Notes under the pieces: generated by a model
The model's database searches: none
Told to the model about the DNA's origin: nothing
What the model saw: the letters and a program-made list of their open reading frames with translations, nothing else
Position numbers and translations under genes: made by a program
Shown: positions 19,101-29,567 of the stretch, piece by piece
Layout: each line of letters opens with the position of its first letter
Position numbering within the stretch: position 1 is the first letter of the stretch
From: a virus
Taxonomy: Duplodnaviria; Heunggongvirae; Uroviricota; Caudoviricetes
Strand: one strand, 5' to 3'
Virus record (IMG/VR): IMGVR_UViG_2799112923_000001
Length of the DNA: 64,000 nt

Positions 19101-22100
19101 ATGCTAGTAAGTGGTGGAAAAGTAATTGCTATTGATTCTGTAAAGATTAACAAGAATGACCTCAAAGGTGATGGTGTATTTGAAGAAATAGAATTATCTA
19201 ATGCTAGAAAAGAAGAAATTAATTCTATTAAGAATACTGCCAATGACGCTCAGAGTAAAGTTAATAGTTTAACAAATAGAGTAAACACTATTGACAATGA
19301 AGTCTCTACAGTTAAATCTGATGTTGAAACACTAAAAACTAATGTTAATACAGTATCAGCAAAAACAAATGCTAATACTGATTCCATTAACAGTATTGAA
19401 GCTGATATTACCAACAACATAAAACCAAAGATTGAACAAAATACAAATAACATCAATACAGTTAGTACAAATCTAACTGATTTAAGTGGAAAATCAGTTA
19501 CAAACATTTATGGTAATAATCTTTCAGCCTATGTTGAAGTTGCAGATGACGGAACTAGAAAATATAGAATTGATGTAGCACCACAAATCTCTGATACTAT
19601 CATTAATGGCAAAAATGGTATTTCTGCTAAAAAAGAAGGTACATCTACTTGGAACATTGGTATTTCTGCTAATTATCTATCCGCAAATGCTCTTAATAAT
19701 TTGAGTGGTAACTGGCAAAACACATATAGTGCTGTATCTTCTAATTCCGCTACATGGAATAAAGTTACAGATAAAGTTGATACCACAGCTTTCACACCAG
19801 TTAAGAATGATGTTGATACATTAAAAGCAAATTCCGCACATTCTACACTATCTAGTAAGAATGATTATATCAAAGTTACCAAAAATGGTGTAAACTATGG
19901 TGTAGAATTTATCAGTGGTGATTTGGCTACTAAACCTTGGATAGATACAAATTATCAAGAAAAGGGTAATTATCTTTCTGCTAATGCTCTTGATAATTTA
20001 AGTGGTAAATGGCAGTCTACATACAACACTGTTAAAACATATTCAGGTGAATGGGCATTTAGTGCCGATGTAGATAAACGATTAGAAGATACTTCTGCTT
20101 GGGCTAATGCTACATTCCAACCAATCGGTGATTATCTATCAGCCAACGCATTAGATAAAATAAAAGAAACAAGTGGTAAATGGGATTCCACATATAGTTC
20201 TGTTTATGATAACAGTGCTAATTGGAATGAAGTATCTGCTAAATTAGACAAAAAAGATTTTGATAATTGGTCTGCAGTATTAGATGAAAGAATTGATAAC
20301 ATTGAAAAAGATGTGGATATTCTAAAATCTAGTTCAGCTGATTGGAACGAAGTTAGTGCCAAATTAGATGTTAGTTCTTTTAGTTCTGTATCTAGTAATT
20401 TCGCATTAAAGACAGAAGTTCAAGAAGAATTTGAACAAACATCTGCTTGGGTTAAAGATAATTTCCTATCCGCTAACGCATTGGATAATTTAAGTGGTAA
20501 TTGGGAATCTACATATAAGACTGTTGAAACCAATAGTGCTAAATGGGAAACAGCATACGAAACATTAACATCTAATTCCGCCGATTGGGATGAAGTTAGT
20601 GCTAAATTGAACAGTGCTACATTTGCTACTTATTCAGCAGATATTAAATCCACCATTGAAACATTTAGTGGTGAGTTTGTAGAATTGAGTGGTGATTTCA
20701 CTGCTCATAGTGCTAACTCTGATTTACACCTTTCTGCTGGTGAAAGAGAAAAATGGAATTCTGCTGCTAATCGTGTAGAAAATAGTGCCGCAATTTGGGA
20801 CACTGTATCGGCTAAGGTTAATAATACAGAATTTGAAGAATTTAAAACAAGTGCCCACAACGAATTAGAAAAGAAACTTGATAAAAACGCATTTGAATCT
20901 TGGAGTGCTAATAAAGATTATGATTTCTATTCTGCTGGTAATGGTATCAAGATAGAAAATCATATTGTATCAGTTTCTGCTGACTATGCTTTGAGTGCTG
21001 ATGTAGATACTCGTTTGGAAGAATACTACAATAAAACAGAAGTAGACGAAAAATTTGCTGATTTCGGTGGTTTCGTAGTTGTAACTACATTACCTGTATC
21101 TGGTGATAATAAAAAGATTTATTTAATAAATGACCCATCATCACCAAACCCAGACCAATATAAAGAATACATTTACACTGAAAATGGATGGAAATGTATT
21201 GGTGATACTTCAGTAGATTTAACTCAATACTACAAGAAAACAGAAACAAGTGGTGCTGAAGAAATTTCTACTGAATTTACAAACACATCCGCATGGGCAA
21301 ATGAAACATTCCAGCCTATTGGTAATTATGTAACCAGTGGTAATTACATAACTGCAGGTCCAGCATGGGTATTGGTAAATGGAACAAATGGTGTTCAATG
21401 GTCTGGTTTGGATGTTTCCGAACTTGGTAAGACCTATGTTGTAAAATCTACCAATGGTTCTATTGATGTTGGTGTAACACACGATGGTAATGAAACCACT
21501 TATGATTTGAGTGCTACAGCTCCTGAAATTGAAGGTGAAAATGGTGTTAGTGCTTACTATGATGAAGAAAATGACAAATATGTTGTTGGTTTAGACGAAC
21601 ATTATTTGAGTTATGCTCAGGCTACTTCTACAGTAACCACATTAACAACAGACCCACAAACATTAGGTAATTTCAATAACATTAGTGTAATGGGTGATAA
21701 AATTTCATTATCACAGAATACAATTACATTGACTAAGGGATTGTATCATGTAGATTTACAGGTCAATATCACCATTGAAAATGAAGATGCTCAATACTAC
21801 GATGTTACATTAAGTAATTCTATTTCTAATGGTGCTTTGAACAAAGTAATTGATGGTTCATTCACACATACTGAAACATTAGATTTATCATTTGATGCTT
21901 TGGTAATTGAAGATAGTGATAGTTTGGAATTTACTCTTGCTGGTTTACCAACCGGTAACAAATACTACATTAAGAACATTCAAATCCACGAAATGACTAC
22001 TGTAGATTCTATCTTGGATGCCACAGGTGGTCAGTATACAGGTGGTGTTGCTATATCTGTAAGCAACAACAATAAAATTAATGTAGTTTACGATTCCATG

Positions 22101-23012
22101 TCTGGTATTGGTGTATCACCAAACAATGAATTGTATGTAAAACTTGGTAAAGGTCTATCATTCTCTAATGAGGGCGGTGTAGATGGTTCTCTATCTCTTG
22201 ACGAAGTAACAGAAGGTGTTGTAGAAACTGTTCAAACATTGGAACAAGAACTTAATGGTAAATTAACTACTAATATGAACATTTCCGATGCTAAAATTGT
22301 TGGTAATCCATTCTATAATGAACCTTCTACTCCAACTATAGGTGCTACATTATTCACTGTACCATTAACACATAAAATTAATACTGATACAGAAATTTCA
22401 TTCTTCACTTCACAGGCTATGAATCAATCATTCCCTATTATGATTGGTTTGCTTGAATATAATTTCAAATACTATTTCATTCCTGAAAATACTAATACAG
22501 TTTCTTCTCGTACACAAACTACTTGGATTGGTGATACTGGTTTGATTTGGAGTGATACAAGAGCTGAAGATGCTAACTATATGAGCCAGAATGATAACAA
22601 CGCAAACAGAAAATATACATTCAAATTTAAGCATGTAACAGATGTTATTACTGAAGAAGTAACAGACCAAACAACAGGCGAAGTTTACATTAACTCATAC
22701 GGACCTGAAATGAGATCCGATAGAGCATATTATTTGGTATTCTTCGGTAGAGCTGGACAAGGATTATCTTATTTCTTGGCTGACGATGGTTATGCTGCTA
22801 CAACTAATTCCGACCCATATCTATCATTCTATGTTAATAATATGAAATACTATGAAACTCCAACTTCCGAAGGGGTATCTATGGCTAATTGGGATAATGC
22901 TACTTGGTCTGCTCATAATGATATGACTATGAACCAAATTAACTTCTGGGATAGAGAAGGTGAAGCAAATACTATTAAAAGACCATTAGTATTGATTAGA
23001 AATAATGCTTAA
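19101..23012 (+). CDS. Long tail-fibre-like protein
   Basis: 1303 aa; N-terminal coiled coil, YLSANALDNLSG.W..TY repeats, AGNGIKI motifs; CATAAATA promoter at 19073. Confidence 0.75.
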   Translation: MLVSGGKVIAIDSVKINKNDLKGDGVFEEIELSNARKEEINSIKNTANDAQSKVNSLTNRVNTIDNEVSTVKSDVETLKTNVNTVSAKTNANTDSINSIEADITNNIKPKIEQNTNNINTVSTNLTDLSGKSVTNIYGNNLSAYVEVADDGTRKYRIDVAPQISDTIINGKNGISAKKEGTSTWNIGISANYLSANALNNLSGNWQNTYSAVSSNSATWNKVTDKVDTTAFTPVKNDVDTLKANSAHSTLSSKNDYIKVTKNGVNYGVEFISGDLATKPWIDTNYQEKGNYLSANALDNLSGKWQSTYNTVKTYSGEWAFSADVDKRLEDTSAWANATFQPIGDYLSANALDKIKETSGKWDSTYSSVYDNSANWNEVSAKLDKKDFDNWSAVLDERIDNIEKDVDILKSSSADWNEVSAKLDVSSFSSVSSNFALKTEVQEEFEQTSAWVKDNFLSANALDNLSGNWESTYKTVETNSAKWETAYETLTSNSADWDEVSAKLNSATFATYSADIKSTIETFSGEFVELSGDFTAHSANSDLHLSAGEREKWNSAANRVENSAAIWDTVSAKVNNTEFEEFKTSAHNELEKKLDKNAFESWSANKDYDFYSAGNGIKIENHIVSVSADYALSADVDTRLEEYYNKTEVDEKFADFGGFVVVTTLPVSGDNKKIYLINDPSSPNPDQYKEYIYTENGWKCIGDTSVDLTQYYKKTETSGAEEISTEFTNTSAWANETFQPIGNYVTSGNYITAGPAWVLVNGTNGVQWSGLDVSELGKTYVVKSTNGSIDVGVTHDGNETTYDLSATAPEIEGENGVSAYYDEENDKYVVGLDEHYLSYAQATSTVTTLTTDPQTLGNFNNISVMGDKISLSQNTITLTKGLYHVDLQVNITIENEDAQYYDVTLSNSISNGALNKVIDGSFTHTETLDLSFDALVIEDSDSLEFTLAGLPTGNKYYIKNIQIHEMTTVDSILDATGGQYTGGVAISVSNNNKINVVYDSMSGIGVSPNNELYVKLGKGLSFSNEGGVDGSLSLDEVTEGVVETVQTLEQELNGKLTTNMNISDAKIVGNPFYNEPSTPTIGATLFTVPLTHKINTDTEISFFTSQAMNQSFPIMIGLLEYNFKYYFIPENTNTVSSRTQTTWIGDTGLIWSDTRAEDANYMSQNDNNANRKYTFKFKHVTDVITEEVTDQTTGEVYINSYGPEMRSDRAYYLVFFGRAGQGLSYFLADDGYAATTNSDPYLSFYVNNMKYYETPTSEGVSMANWDNATWSAHNDMTMNQINFWDREGEANTIKRPLVLIRNNA

Positions 23013-23021
23013 GGAGATTTT

Positions 23022-23342
23022 ATGCTAACAAATTATAACAGAATTTATTTATCCACTTCAAAACAACAGGATGAAGTAAGAATCTTCTTTGAAGGGCATG
23101 ATAAAAAAGGACTAGAATGGAATCAATATATTGGTCGCATAATCATTAACGATTTCATTAAACAATTAGATGATTATGATGGAACTGACTTTGCGGAATA
23201 TATGGGTGTTCTTCCATTTATTGAATATGGAATGTTCCAATCTGCGATTAAGATAATTGAGAAAATAAATATAGACGGATTAGAAAAATTAAAAAAATGG
23301 CTATTAAAATCATTGGCAGAGGGCGAAGATAGATATGAGTAA
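23022..23342 (+). CDS. Putative tail-fibre assembly chaperone
   Basis: Follows a fibre gene; resembles the C-terminal part of 27716. Confidence 0.45.
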   Translation: MLTNYNRIYLSTSKQQDEVRIFFEGHDKKGLEWNQYIGRIIINDFIKQLDDYDGTDFAEYMGVLPFIEYGMFQSAIKIIEKINIDGLEKLKKWLLKSLAEGEDRYE

Positions 23343-26271
23343 TTTTAACAAAGTAGTTACGAATTTACAAAAATCACTTTCTAATGCAGAAAATGATAAT
23401 CTTTCCCAGACCCTTTCTGCTGTTAGAACCGCTGGTGGTGGCGGTGGTGGTACATCTTATGGTGGTGACGGAATTTATATTGAAATCGTCGGTAATAACA
23501 CTATTACATTAACAACCACTGCTGCTGAAAAATTAAATAGAGCAATCCCAACCACAGTTGCGGAATTAACTGATTCAGGTGATTATGCTACGAAAGATTT
23601 TGCTGATGCTAAATATCAGACGAAAGAAGCCATGTCTGATTATGCTAAAAAAACAGAAATACCAGATTCTATTTCAGCTTTTGATGATACTGAGTCAGTA
23701 ATTTATTCATATATTAACCCAGCAACTGCTGCTATTGAACAACAGTTAAATTTTAAACAAAATAAATTAACTTTTGATTTAAACGATAAAGGTGAAATCA
23801 GTGCTATTGGTACTAACAATACAACTGCTCTTGTTGGGGCTAATGGCATTACAGGTGATTATTATTCTGCTTCTAACCCAAGTGGATTTATAACATCTAG
23901 TGTTAGTCAATTAGATAATTTCTATTCAAAAACAGATACAAGTAGTAAAACAGAAATTGCTAACGCTTTTGATAACATTCCAAAATATATTTTAAATGGT
24001 GATTCAAACATTACTGCTACATCAGCACAAGATGGTAAAAATATAAGATGGGATTTAGCAGTTAACGCACACCCTACAGTTACCGATACCACATTGACTG
24101 GTGTAAATGGAATTTATACCCATACAACTACTAAATCAGGTGAATGGTGTGTAGAACTTGTTCAATCCGCTTATGCTGCTATTAATGATGTTCAAAATAA
24201 ATTAGATACAACTGTAGCTGCTCAAACATACCAACCAAAAGGTGATTATGTTTCTTCTACTGAAATATCAGATATGGCTACAAAGACTTGGGTTGGTACT
24301 CAAGGCTATATAACTGTAATTCCTAGTGAATATGTAACTGATACAGAATTACAAACAACATTAGAAGATTATGCCACAAAGACTTTAGTACAAAATACCA
24401 GTGCTAATATAACAGCATTGATACCAAGTACTGCAGGTCTTGCTTCCGAAACCGATTTACAAATTGTAAGTGCAGGTGTAGATTATGTAAGTGCTCATGC
24501 TATTACAGCACACCAATCACTAACAAATTATTATACAAAATCCGAAACCAGTGGTGCAAGTGAGTTATCTACTGAATTTGGAAAATATGCTTTAAAGAGC
24601 GAAATTCCAACAGTACCAACAAAAGTATCTGATTTAACAGATAGTGCAAATTACTATAAGACTACCGAAACAAGTAGTAAGAATGAATTATCCACTGAGT
24701 TTGCTAAGTATCAACCAACAGGTAATTACTTAGTCGCAGACGATATTACTGGTAAATTAGATAAATCCATTTATGCTAATGCTAGTGGTAATTGGGAAAA
24801 TACTTATAATGTAGTAAATCAATATAGTGCCGCAGGAACTTGGTTGACTGCTCACCAAAATCTTGATAATTACTACACAAAAACACAAGTAGATTCAACA
24901 TTCGCTTCAGCTACACAATTAAATAACTATTTAACTACTGCACAATATCAAACAGATAGTGCTACATTCGCATTGAAAACTGATTTGAATGATTTGGTAT
25001 CTAGTGCTGGTGTTACAACAACTGATACAGATTATGTAATGACTACTACCGGTTGGAAAGTATTAACTCTTCCAGGTGGTGGAATGACCCAAGTTATACA
25101 TGACACAACATTAACTGGACAAGGTAATGCTAATGATAGTAAATTGGGTGTTGCTTGGTCTGCATTAAGTGGAAATACCATTAATTCCGCATTAAGTGCT
25201 GGTAGTGCTGCAAGTGCTTATATTGCTACACATTATTATGACCCTGAAGCAGGTGGTGTGTTTGACATCAGTGAAGATATTAACCGTCTATATTCATTTT
25301 GGGAAAATGGAATTATGCCAGATAATGGCATATCTGGTGTCTATAATGAAAATGCACAAACATTTGAATTGGGTTTAACACAAACAGCATATAATGCAAT
25401 AACATCAGTATCTAGTAAACTAGATACTACCGCTGCGGCAGCAACATATCAGCCAAAAGGCGATTATTATTCAGCAAGTAATCCAAATAATTATGTTAAT
25501 GAATCTTATATAACTTCAATATTAGCTGGATATGCAGAATGGGAAGATTTTGAAAATTTAAGTGCTGATGTACAAAATAAATTATATGCTTCAGCAGCTG
25601 CCCAAACCTATTTAACAACAGCTACTTATGCTAATGATAGTGCTAAATTCTTGACTGGTGTTGTTACTGGAGTTGGTTTAAGTGGTACTGGTTTATCTAA
25701 TTCTCCATTAGGAATTGATACTGGGGTAGCAATTAATTTTACTAATGGTAGTGCTAAAAGTGCTGTTAGTGCCGGTAGTGCCACAAATGCTGTTAGTGCT
25801 GATAAAGCAGCTAGTGCTTCTGCGGCTAAACGATTACAAGATAGTACAACTGGACCTATAATTCAAGTTGGTGATGTAACCGCATTACAAAATTGGGCGT
25901 CAAGCAACAGTTCTACTTGGGATAATGTTAGTGCTAAATTGGGAACAGCTCAATATGCTCTTGATTCTGCAACATTTGTAACAAGTTCTAATGCTAGTAT
26001 AAGTGCTGCTGGAGAACAATATGCTTTAACCACTACAGGTTGGGCTAAAGTTCAAGCTGGTGGAGGTTCTACTGTAACTATTGACACAACTAACAACGAA
26101 ATTAAAGATGGAACTTCTGCTGTTAGTGCTATGAGTTATGTTGTTAATCCAAATAACGCATATTGGAAACCACAAAGAAGTTGTGTATGTACTGAAGCAG
26201 AAATTTCTACAATGGCAGGATATGCTAATGGTCAAGGTATGTTATTCTTTGTAGTTAGCGGTCATAATTAA
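23335..26271 (+). CDS. Tail-fibre-like repeat protein
   Basis: 978 aa, Ser/Thr/Ala-rich; YY.K.ETS...ELSTEF and TYQPKGDY repeats shared with 19101. Confidence 0.7.
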   Translation: MSNFNKVVTNLQKSLSNAENDNLSQTLSAVRTAGGGGGGTSYGGDGIYIEIVGNNTITLTTTAAEKLNRAIPTTVAELTDSGDYATKDFADAKYQTKEAMSDYAKKTEIPDSISAFDDTESVIYSYINPATAAIEQQLNFKQNKLTFDLNDKGEISAIGTNNTTALVGANGITGDYYSASNPSGFITSSVSQLDNFYSKTDTSSKTEIANAFDNIPKYILNGDSNITATSAQDGKNIRWDLAVNAHPTVTDTTLTGVNGIYTHTTTKSGEWCVELVQSAYAAINDVQNKLDTTVAAQTYQPKGDYVSSTEISDMATKTWVGTQGYITVIPSEYVTDTELQTTLEDYATKTLVQNTSANITALIPSTAGLASETDLQIVSAGVDYVSAHAITAHQSLTNYYTKSETSGASELSTEFGKYALKSEIPTVPTKVSDLTDSANYYKTTETSSKNELSTEFAKYQPTGNYLVADDITGKLDKSIYANASGNWENTYNVVNQYSAAGTWLTAHQNLDNYYTKTQVDSTFASATQLNNYLTTAQYQTDSATFALKTDLNDLVSSAGVTTTDTDYVMTTTGWKVLTLPGGGMTQVIHDTTLTGQGNANDSKLGVAWSALSGNTINSALSAGSAASAYIATHYYDPEAGGVFDISEDINRLYSFWENGIMPDNGISGVYNENAQTFELGLTQTAYNAITSVSSKLDTTAAAATYQPKGDYYSASNPNNYVNESYITSILAGYAEWEDFENLSADVQNKLYASAAAQTYLTTATYANDSAKFLTGVVTGVGLSGTGLSNSPLGIDTGVAINFTNGSAKSAVSAGSATNAVSADKAASASAAKRLQDSTTGPIIQVGDVTALQNWASSNSSTWDNVSAKLGTAQYALDSATFVTSSNASISAAGEQYALTTTGWAKVQAGGGSTVTIDTTNNEIKDGTSAVSAMSYVVNPNNAYWKPQRSCVCTEAEISTMAGYANGQGMLFFVVSGHN

Positions 26272-26282
26272 TAAGGTTTATA

Positions 26283-27713
26283 ATGGCTTGGAAAGTTGAT
26301 GGTAAAATTGGTTATTTAGCCACTGGGCAAACAGAAGGCAATCCACAACAAGACACATATCGTATCTTGTATCAAGCACCAGGACAAAATACACAAACAG
26401 AAATTGAAAAAGTATATTATCTCGCTCCTGGTGGTAATCCAGCTACGGATTTACAACTTGTATGGCATAGATATATTATGGCTAGAATACTTTTGGCTGG
26501 TAATCAAAATGTTGCTATTGAATATGTACCAACAGTGGATATAACAGTTAATTCTATTGAAATTTTCACATCACAGACTGATCCATCTTCATCACAAACA
26601 AGTGGACGAATAAAGTTAATTCACGAAAGTGGACTATATGTTGGTGCTTTTGATGGAAACACTACTGATCCAAGTACTGAAAAATATGGATTGACAGGTG
26701 TACTTAGATCAGTAAGTAATGTAGGCGTTACATTGTATGCTGGTGAAAAATACTACTTAGTATTCCATGACGGTAATACATCATTGTATTACCCTGCATA
26801 TTTTCAAAACGAAAATGGAAATTATATCGCAAACTTTGTAGATAACTCACAAGCATCTTCAATATATACATATCAAAACATTACAGCAATTAAAGATTAT
26901 TTACCAGCTGGTGCTGGAGACATACAAGAAGCAGATTTACAATCAATTCTTAAACTTGATACAAATGAATTATTTTTATGGAATGGAAATAATCTTGTTA
27001 TTAATCAAACAGTGATAATTCATGATGACCATTTAGGAAAGAAACTAACTGAAAAAGTAACGAATCCACCAATTACTACATCTGATGCCGATATTTGGAA
27101 TTATTCAGATCAACAAATTTTTATAAGACATAGTTATGGTTCTGATGTTACTCAAAGAATTTGGAAAAAGACAAAAACTACAAGTAATGATGGGTCATTC
27201 TCTACTACAACTTCTAATGGAACTATATCAACTGGTGAAATTTTATTAGCACTTAAAAATGGAACAAGTAGTTATTCTAAAATTTTAGCAGATACACCCT
27301 TACATCATGGCGGTGACCCGTGGTGGAGTTATGTTGGGTCAAATATCTCTCTTAAATCTGGTTATAAAGTAGGTTTAACTGATTTGACCCCATTAACTTC
27401 GGTTCCTCAAAATCCAGTAGATAATACATTTTATTATTTTGCACAAAGTATCGCAGAATCTACAGTTAGTACTTGGAGTGATTGTATAGTTATATACGAA
27501 AATAATACTTGGAAAGCATTAACACCTTACGGAGGTACAGATAACTTTAAACCATATTTAAATAGCCAATCATTAGATTCAATAATTGAGCAAATTTCAT
27601 TGACAACATTAGTTCAAGAAGACCAGGCAGTATCATGTAATTCTAGTGTTAAATCAGCTACAATTTCTACTGATAAGAAATTTTATCTAAAGATAAATGG
27701 AAAAGAGGTTTGA
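26283..27713 (+). CDS. Putative receptor-binding/tail tip protein
   Basis: 476 aa in the fibre operon; atypical GATC content. Confidence 0.5.
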   Translation: MAWKVDGKIGYLATGQTEGNPQQDTYRILYQAPGQNTQTEIEKVYYLAPGGNPATDLQLVWHRYIMARILLAGNQNVAIEYVPTVDITVNSIEIFTSQTDPSSSQTSGRIKLIHESGLYVGAFDGNTTDPSTEKYGLTGVLRSVSNVGVTLYAGEKYYLVFHDGNTSLYYPAYFQNENGNYIANFVDNSQASSIYTYQNITAIKDYLPAGAGDIQEADLQSILKLDTNELFLWNGNNLVINQTVIIHDDHLGKKLTEKVTNPPITTSDADIWNYSDQQIFIRHSYGSDVTQRIWKKTKTTSNDGSFSTTTSNGTISTGEILLALKNGTSSYSKILADTPLHHGGDPWWSYVGSNISLKSGYKVGLTDLTPLTSVPQNPVDNTFYYFAQSIAESTVSTWSDCIVIYENNTWKALTPYGGTDNFKPYLNSQSLDSIIEQISLTTLVQEDQAVSCNSSVKSATISTDKKFYLKINGKEV

Positions 27714-27715
27714 TA

Positions 27716-28360
27716 ATGAATCAATTTTACGCAGTAAATAAGAAAACGAATTTATTAGCACATACTGCTGCAAGCTTGGCTCTAATAAAAGGTCGCATGC
27801 AGGAGTTAGGTGAAAAGGAAGAGGACTTTTACATTTTACAGGATGTGGATATGAAATACATTTCAAGAATAGTTTATGTGGATGGTGAATGTGTTTATAA
27901 TAACAAAGATTATTGGTCTAAAACAGCACCAACCATTATTGAAGAATTTAATGAACATGAAGTATTAGATTTTATGGGCTTACCTGTAGATTATTATAGA
28001 TTTGTAACTGAAATGAACTCTAATGCTTCAAGAATTTCCGCTATTGATGGAATTGCTGGCGAAGTTGAATACAACATAACAGTAGGTAATGAGTTTATTT
28101 CATTATTCCGTGAAGAATGTGTAAAAACTGACTTTAAAACTATTACACCACTCCAAATCGCACAAAAACTTTCTGCAGTAATTGGATTGGTTCAAACGGG
28201 TTCATTTAGAGAAGCAAAACAAATCTTACAAACAATAGAAAATGATGATTTCTTAACTCCTGAAAGGGTAAGTAAGTATATTGCTATGATGGAATCTGCT
28301 GACGCCATTGAATATGCCACAGATGAAGATTTCTTCTATACAGCTTCTAATAATGTATAA
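27716..28360 (+). CDS. Putative tail-fibre assembly chaperone
   Basis: VGNEFISLF...LVQTGSFREA resembles 23022 IGRIIINDF...FIEYGMFQSA. Confidence 0.45.
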   Translation: MNQFYAVNKKTNLLAHTAASLALIKGRMQELGEKEEDFYILQDVDMKYISRIVYVDGECVYNNKDYWSKTAPTIIEEFNEHEVLDFMGLPVDYYRFVTEMNSNASRISAIDGIAGEVEYNITVGNEFISLFREECVKTDFKTITPLQIAQKLSAVIGLVQTGSFREAKQILQTIENDDFLTPERVSKYIAMMESADAIEYATDEDFFYTASNNV

Positions 28361-28392
28361 ATATATAAACAACAAATTATGGAGATTTTAAA

Positions 28393-28920
28393 ATGGATTT
28401 AAGAGAAGCTAAACAAATTTTGAATAAAAATGGTTATGAACTATTAGACGAAGGCATTTTTCAAGGTATTAAAGACCGATTTGCTGATAGAAAACTAAAC
28501 AAAGTAAATAAGAAAGTAAATAAAGCAATAAATCGTCTTTCAAAGGAAGGTCAAACCGATATTGGTGGTAGCACTGCTGATGAAAATAAAGAATTTTACA
28601 AGGTAGCAACTAAGGATGTTCCAAAAGCCCTTCGTGGACTTCGTTGGGGCATTGATGACGATAAAGCTGAAGAAATTTTAGAGAAATATGGTGATAAATA
28701 CAAGTTCAACTTCAAATACTATGCAAATAATTGTACTGGGAATGAAACAAAAGAAGCAAATGAAGAAAATGGTTTGGCTTTTGATATAGATGGTTATAAG
28801 AAAGGAACATATTACTCCGATATTTACAGAAAGAATTTCTTTGAAGAACTTGAAAAATTAAAAGAAGATGAAGGTATTGATGACTTAGAAGAATTGTTCT
28901 ATAAATTGAATAAAAAGTAA
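28393..28920 (+). CDS. Putative internal head protein (MxLxEA..IL...GY propeptide family)
   Basis: MDLREAKQILNKNGYELLDE; TATAAATA at 28356. Confidence 0.6.
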   Translation: MDLREAKQILNKNGYELLDEGIFQGIKDRFADRKLNKVNKKVNKAINRLSKEGQTDIGGSTADENKEFYKVATKDVPKALRGLRWGIDDDKAEEILEKYGDKYKFNFKYYANNCTGNETKEANEENGLAFDIDGYKKGTYYSDIYRKNFFEELEKLKEDEGIDDLEELFYKLNKK

Positions 28921-28953
28921 TTTTTTAGTACAAAATAGCATAAAATTGGAAAT

Positions 28954-28985
28954 AGGGACCCAAAAGGTCCCTTTTCTTATAAATA
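28954..28985 (+). promoter_or_regulatory. Terminator hairpin followed by late promoter TATAAATA (28978-28985)
   Basis: agggacc-caaaa-ggtccct-tttc then tataaata. Confidence 0.7.
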
Positions 28986-29003
28986 CTACAAAGAGGTTTC
29001 ATT

Positions 29004-29549
29004 ATGATTTTAGATGAATTTAAAAGTTTAGTAGAAAATTTGGCATTATTGAACGAAGAAGCAGAACCTGAAGTAAAATCTGCTGAAGAAATGGAAAAAG
29101 AGGTTGAAAAGACTGATAAAGAAGTCAAAAAGACTGATTCCAATGATTCAGCTAGTGAAAAAGACGAAGAAGGTAAGAATCCTCGTCAATTAGTCCACGA
29201 ACTAATCAAGCCACAGGTTGAAATTGCTACATCCACTATCAATTCTATCAAGGATGCGTTTGCCGACAACTGTAACAACTCCAAAGAATTGAGTTCAATG
29301 GTTGAACAAATTAAAAACTGGGAAAGTACCATTCGTGGTGCTTGTAGAACCGTCGCAGCTACAGTAGAAAACAAGAAAATGATTAAGAAGAATGAAAATG
29401 GAAAATATGTAGCATGGGATGGTAGAGAATTGAAGAAAGTTTGTTCTGGTAAAGCCTATGGAATGATTATTAACGAAGATAGCCGTGACCGTTCTACATT
29501 GGATTTGGCTGCTGCTATTATCGTGTTCTATAATTCTCTAAATGGTTAA
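29004..29549 (+). CDS. Hypothetical late protein (possible head protein)
   Basis: 181 aa, acidic N-terminus with LLNE. Confidence 0.6.
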   Translation: MILDEFKSLVENLALLNEEAEPEVKSAEEMEKEVEKTDKEVKKTDSNDSASEKDEEGKNPRQLVHELIKPQVEIATSTINSIKDAFADNCNNSKELSSMVEQIKNWESTIRGACRTVAATVENKKMIKKNENGKYVAWDGRELKKVCSGKAYGMIINEDSRDRSTLDLAAAIIVFYNSLNG

Positions 29550-29567
29550 TTTATTAGAGAGGTTTAA

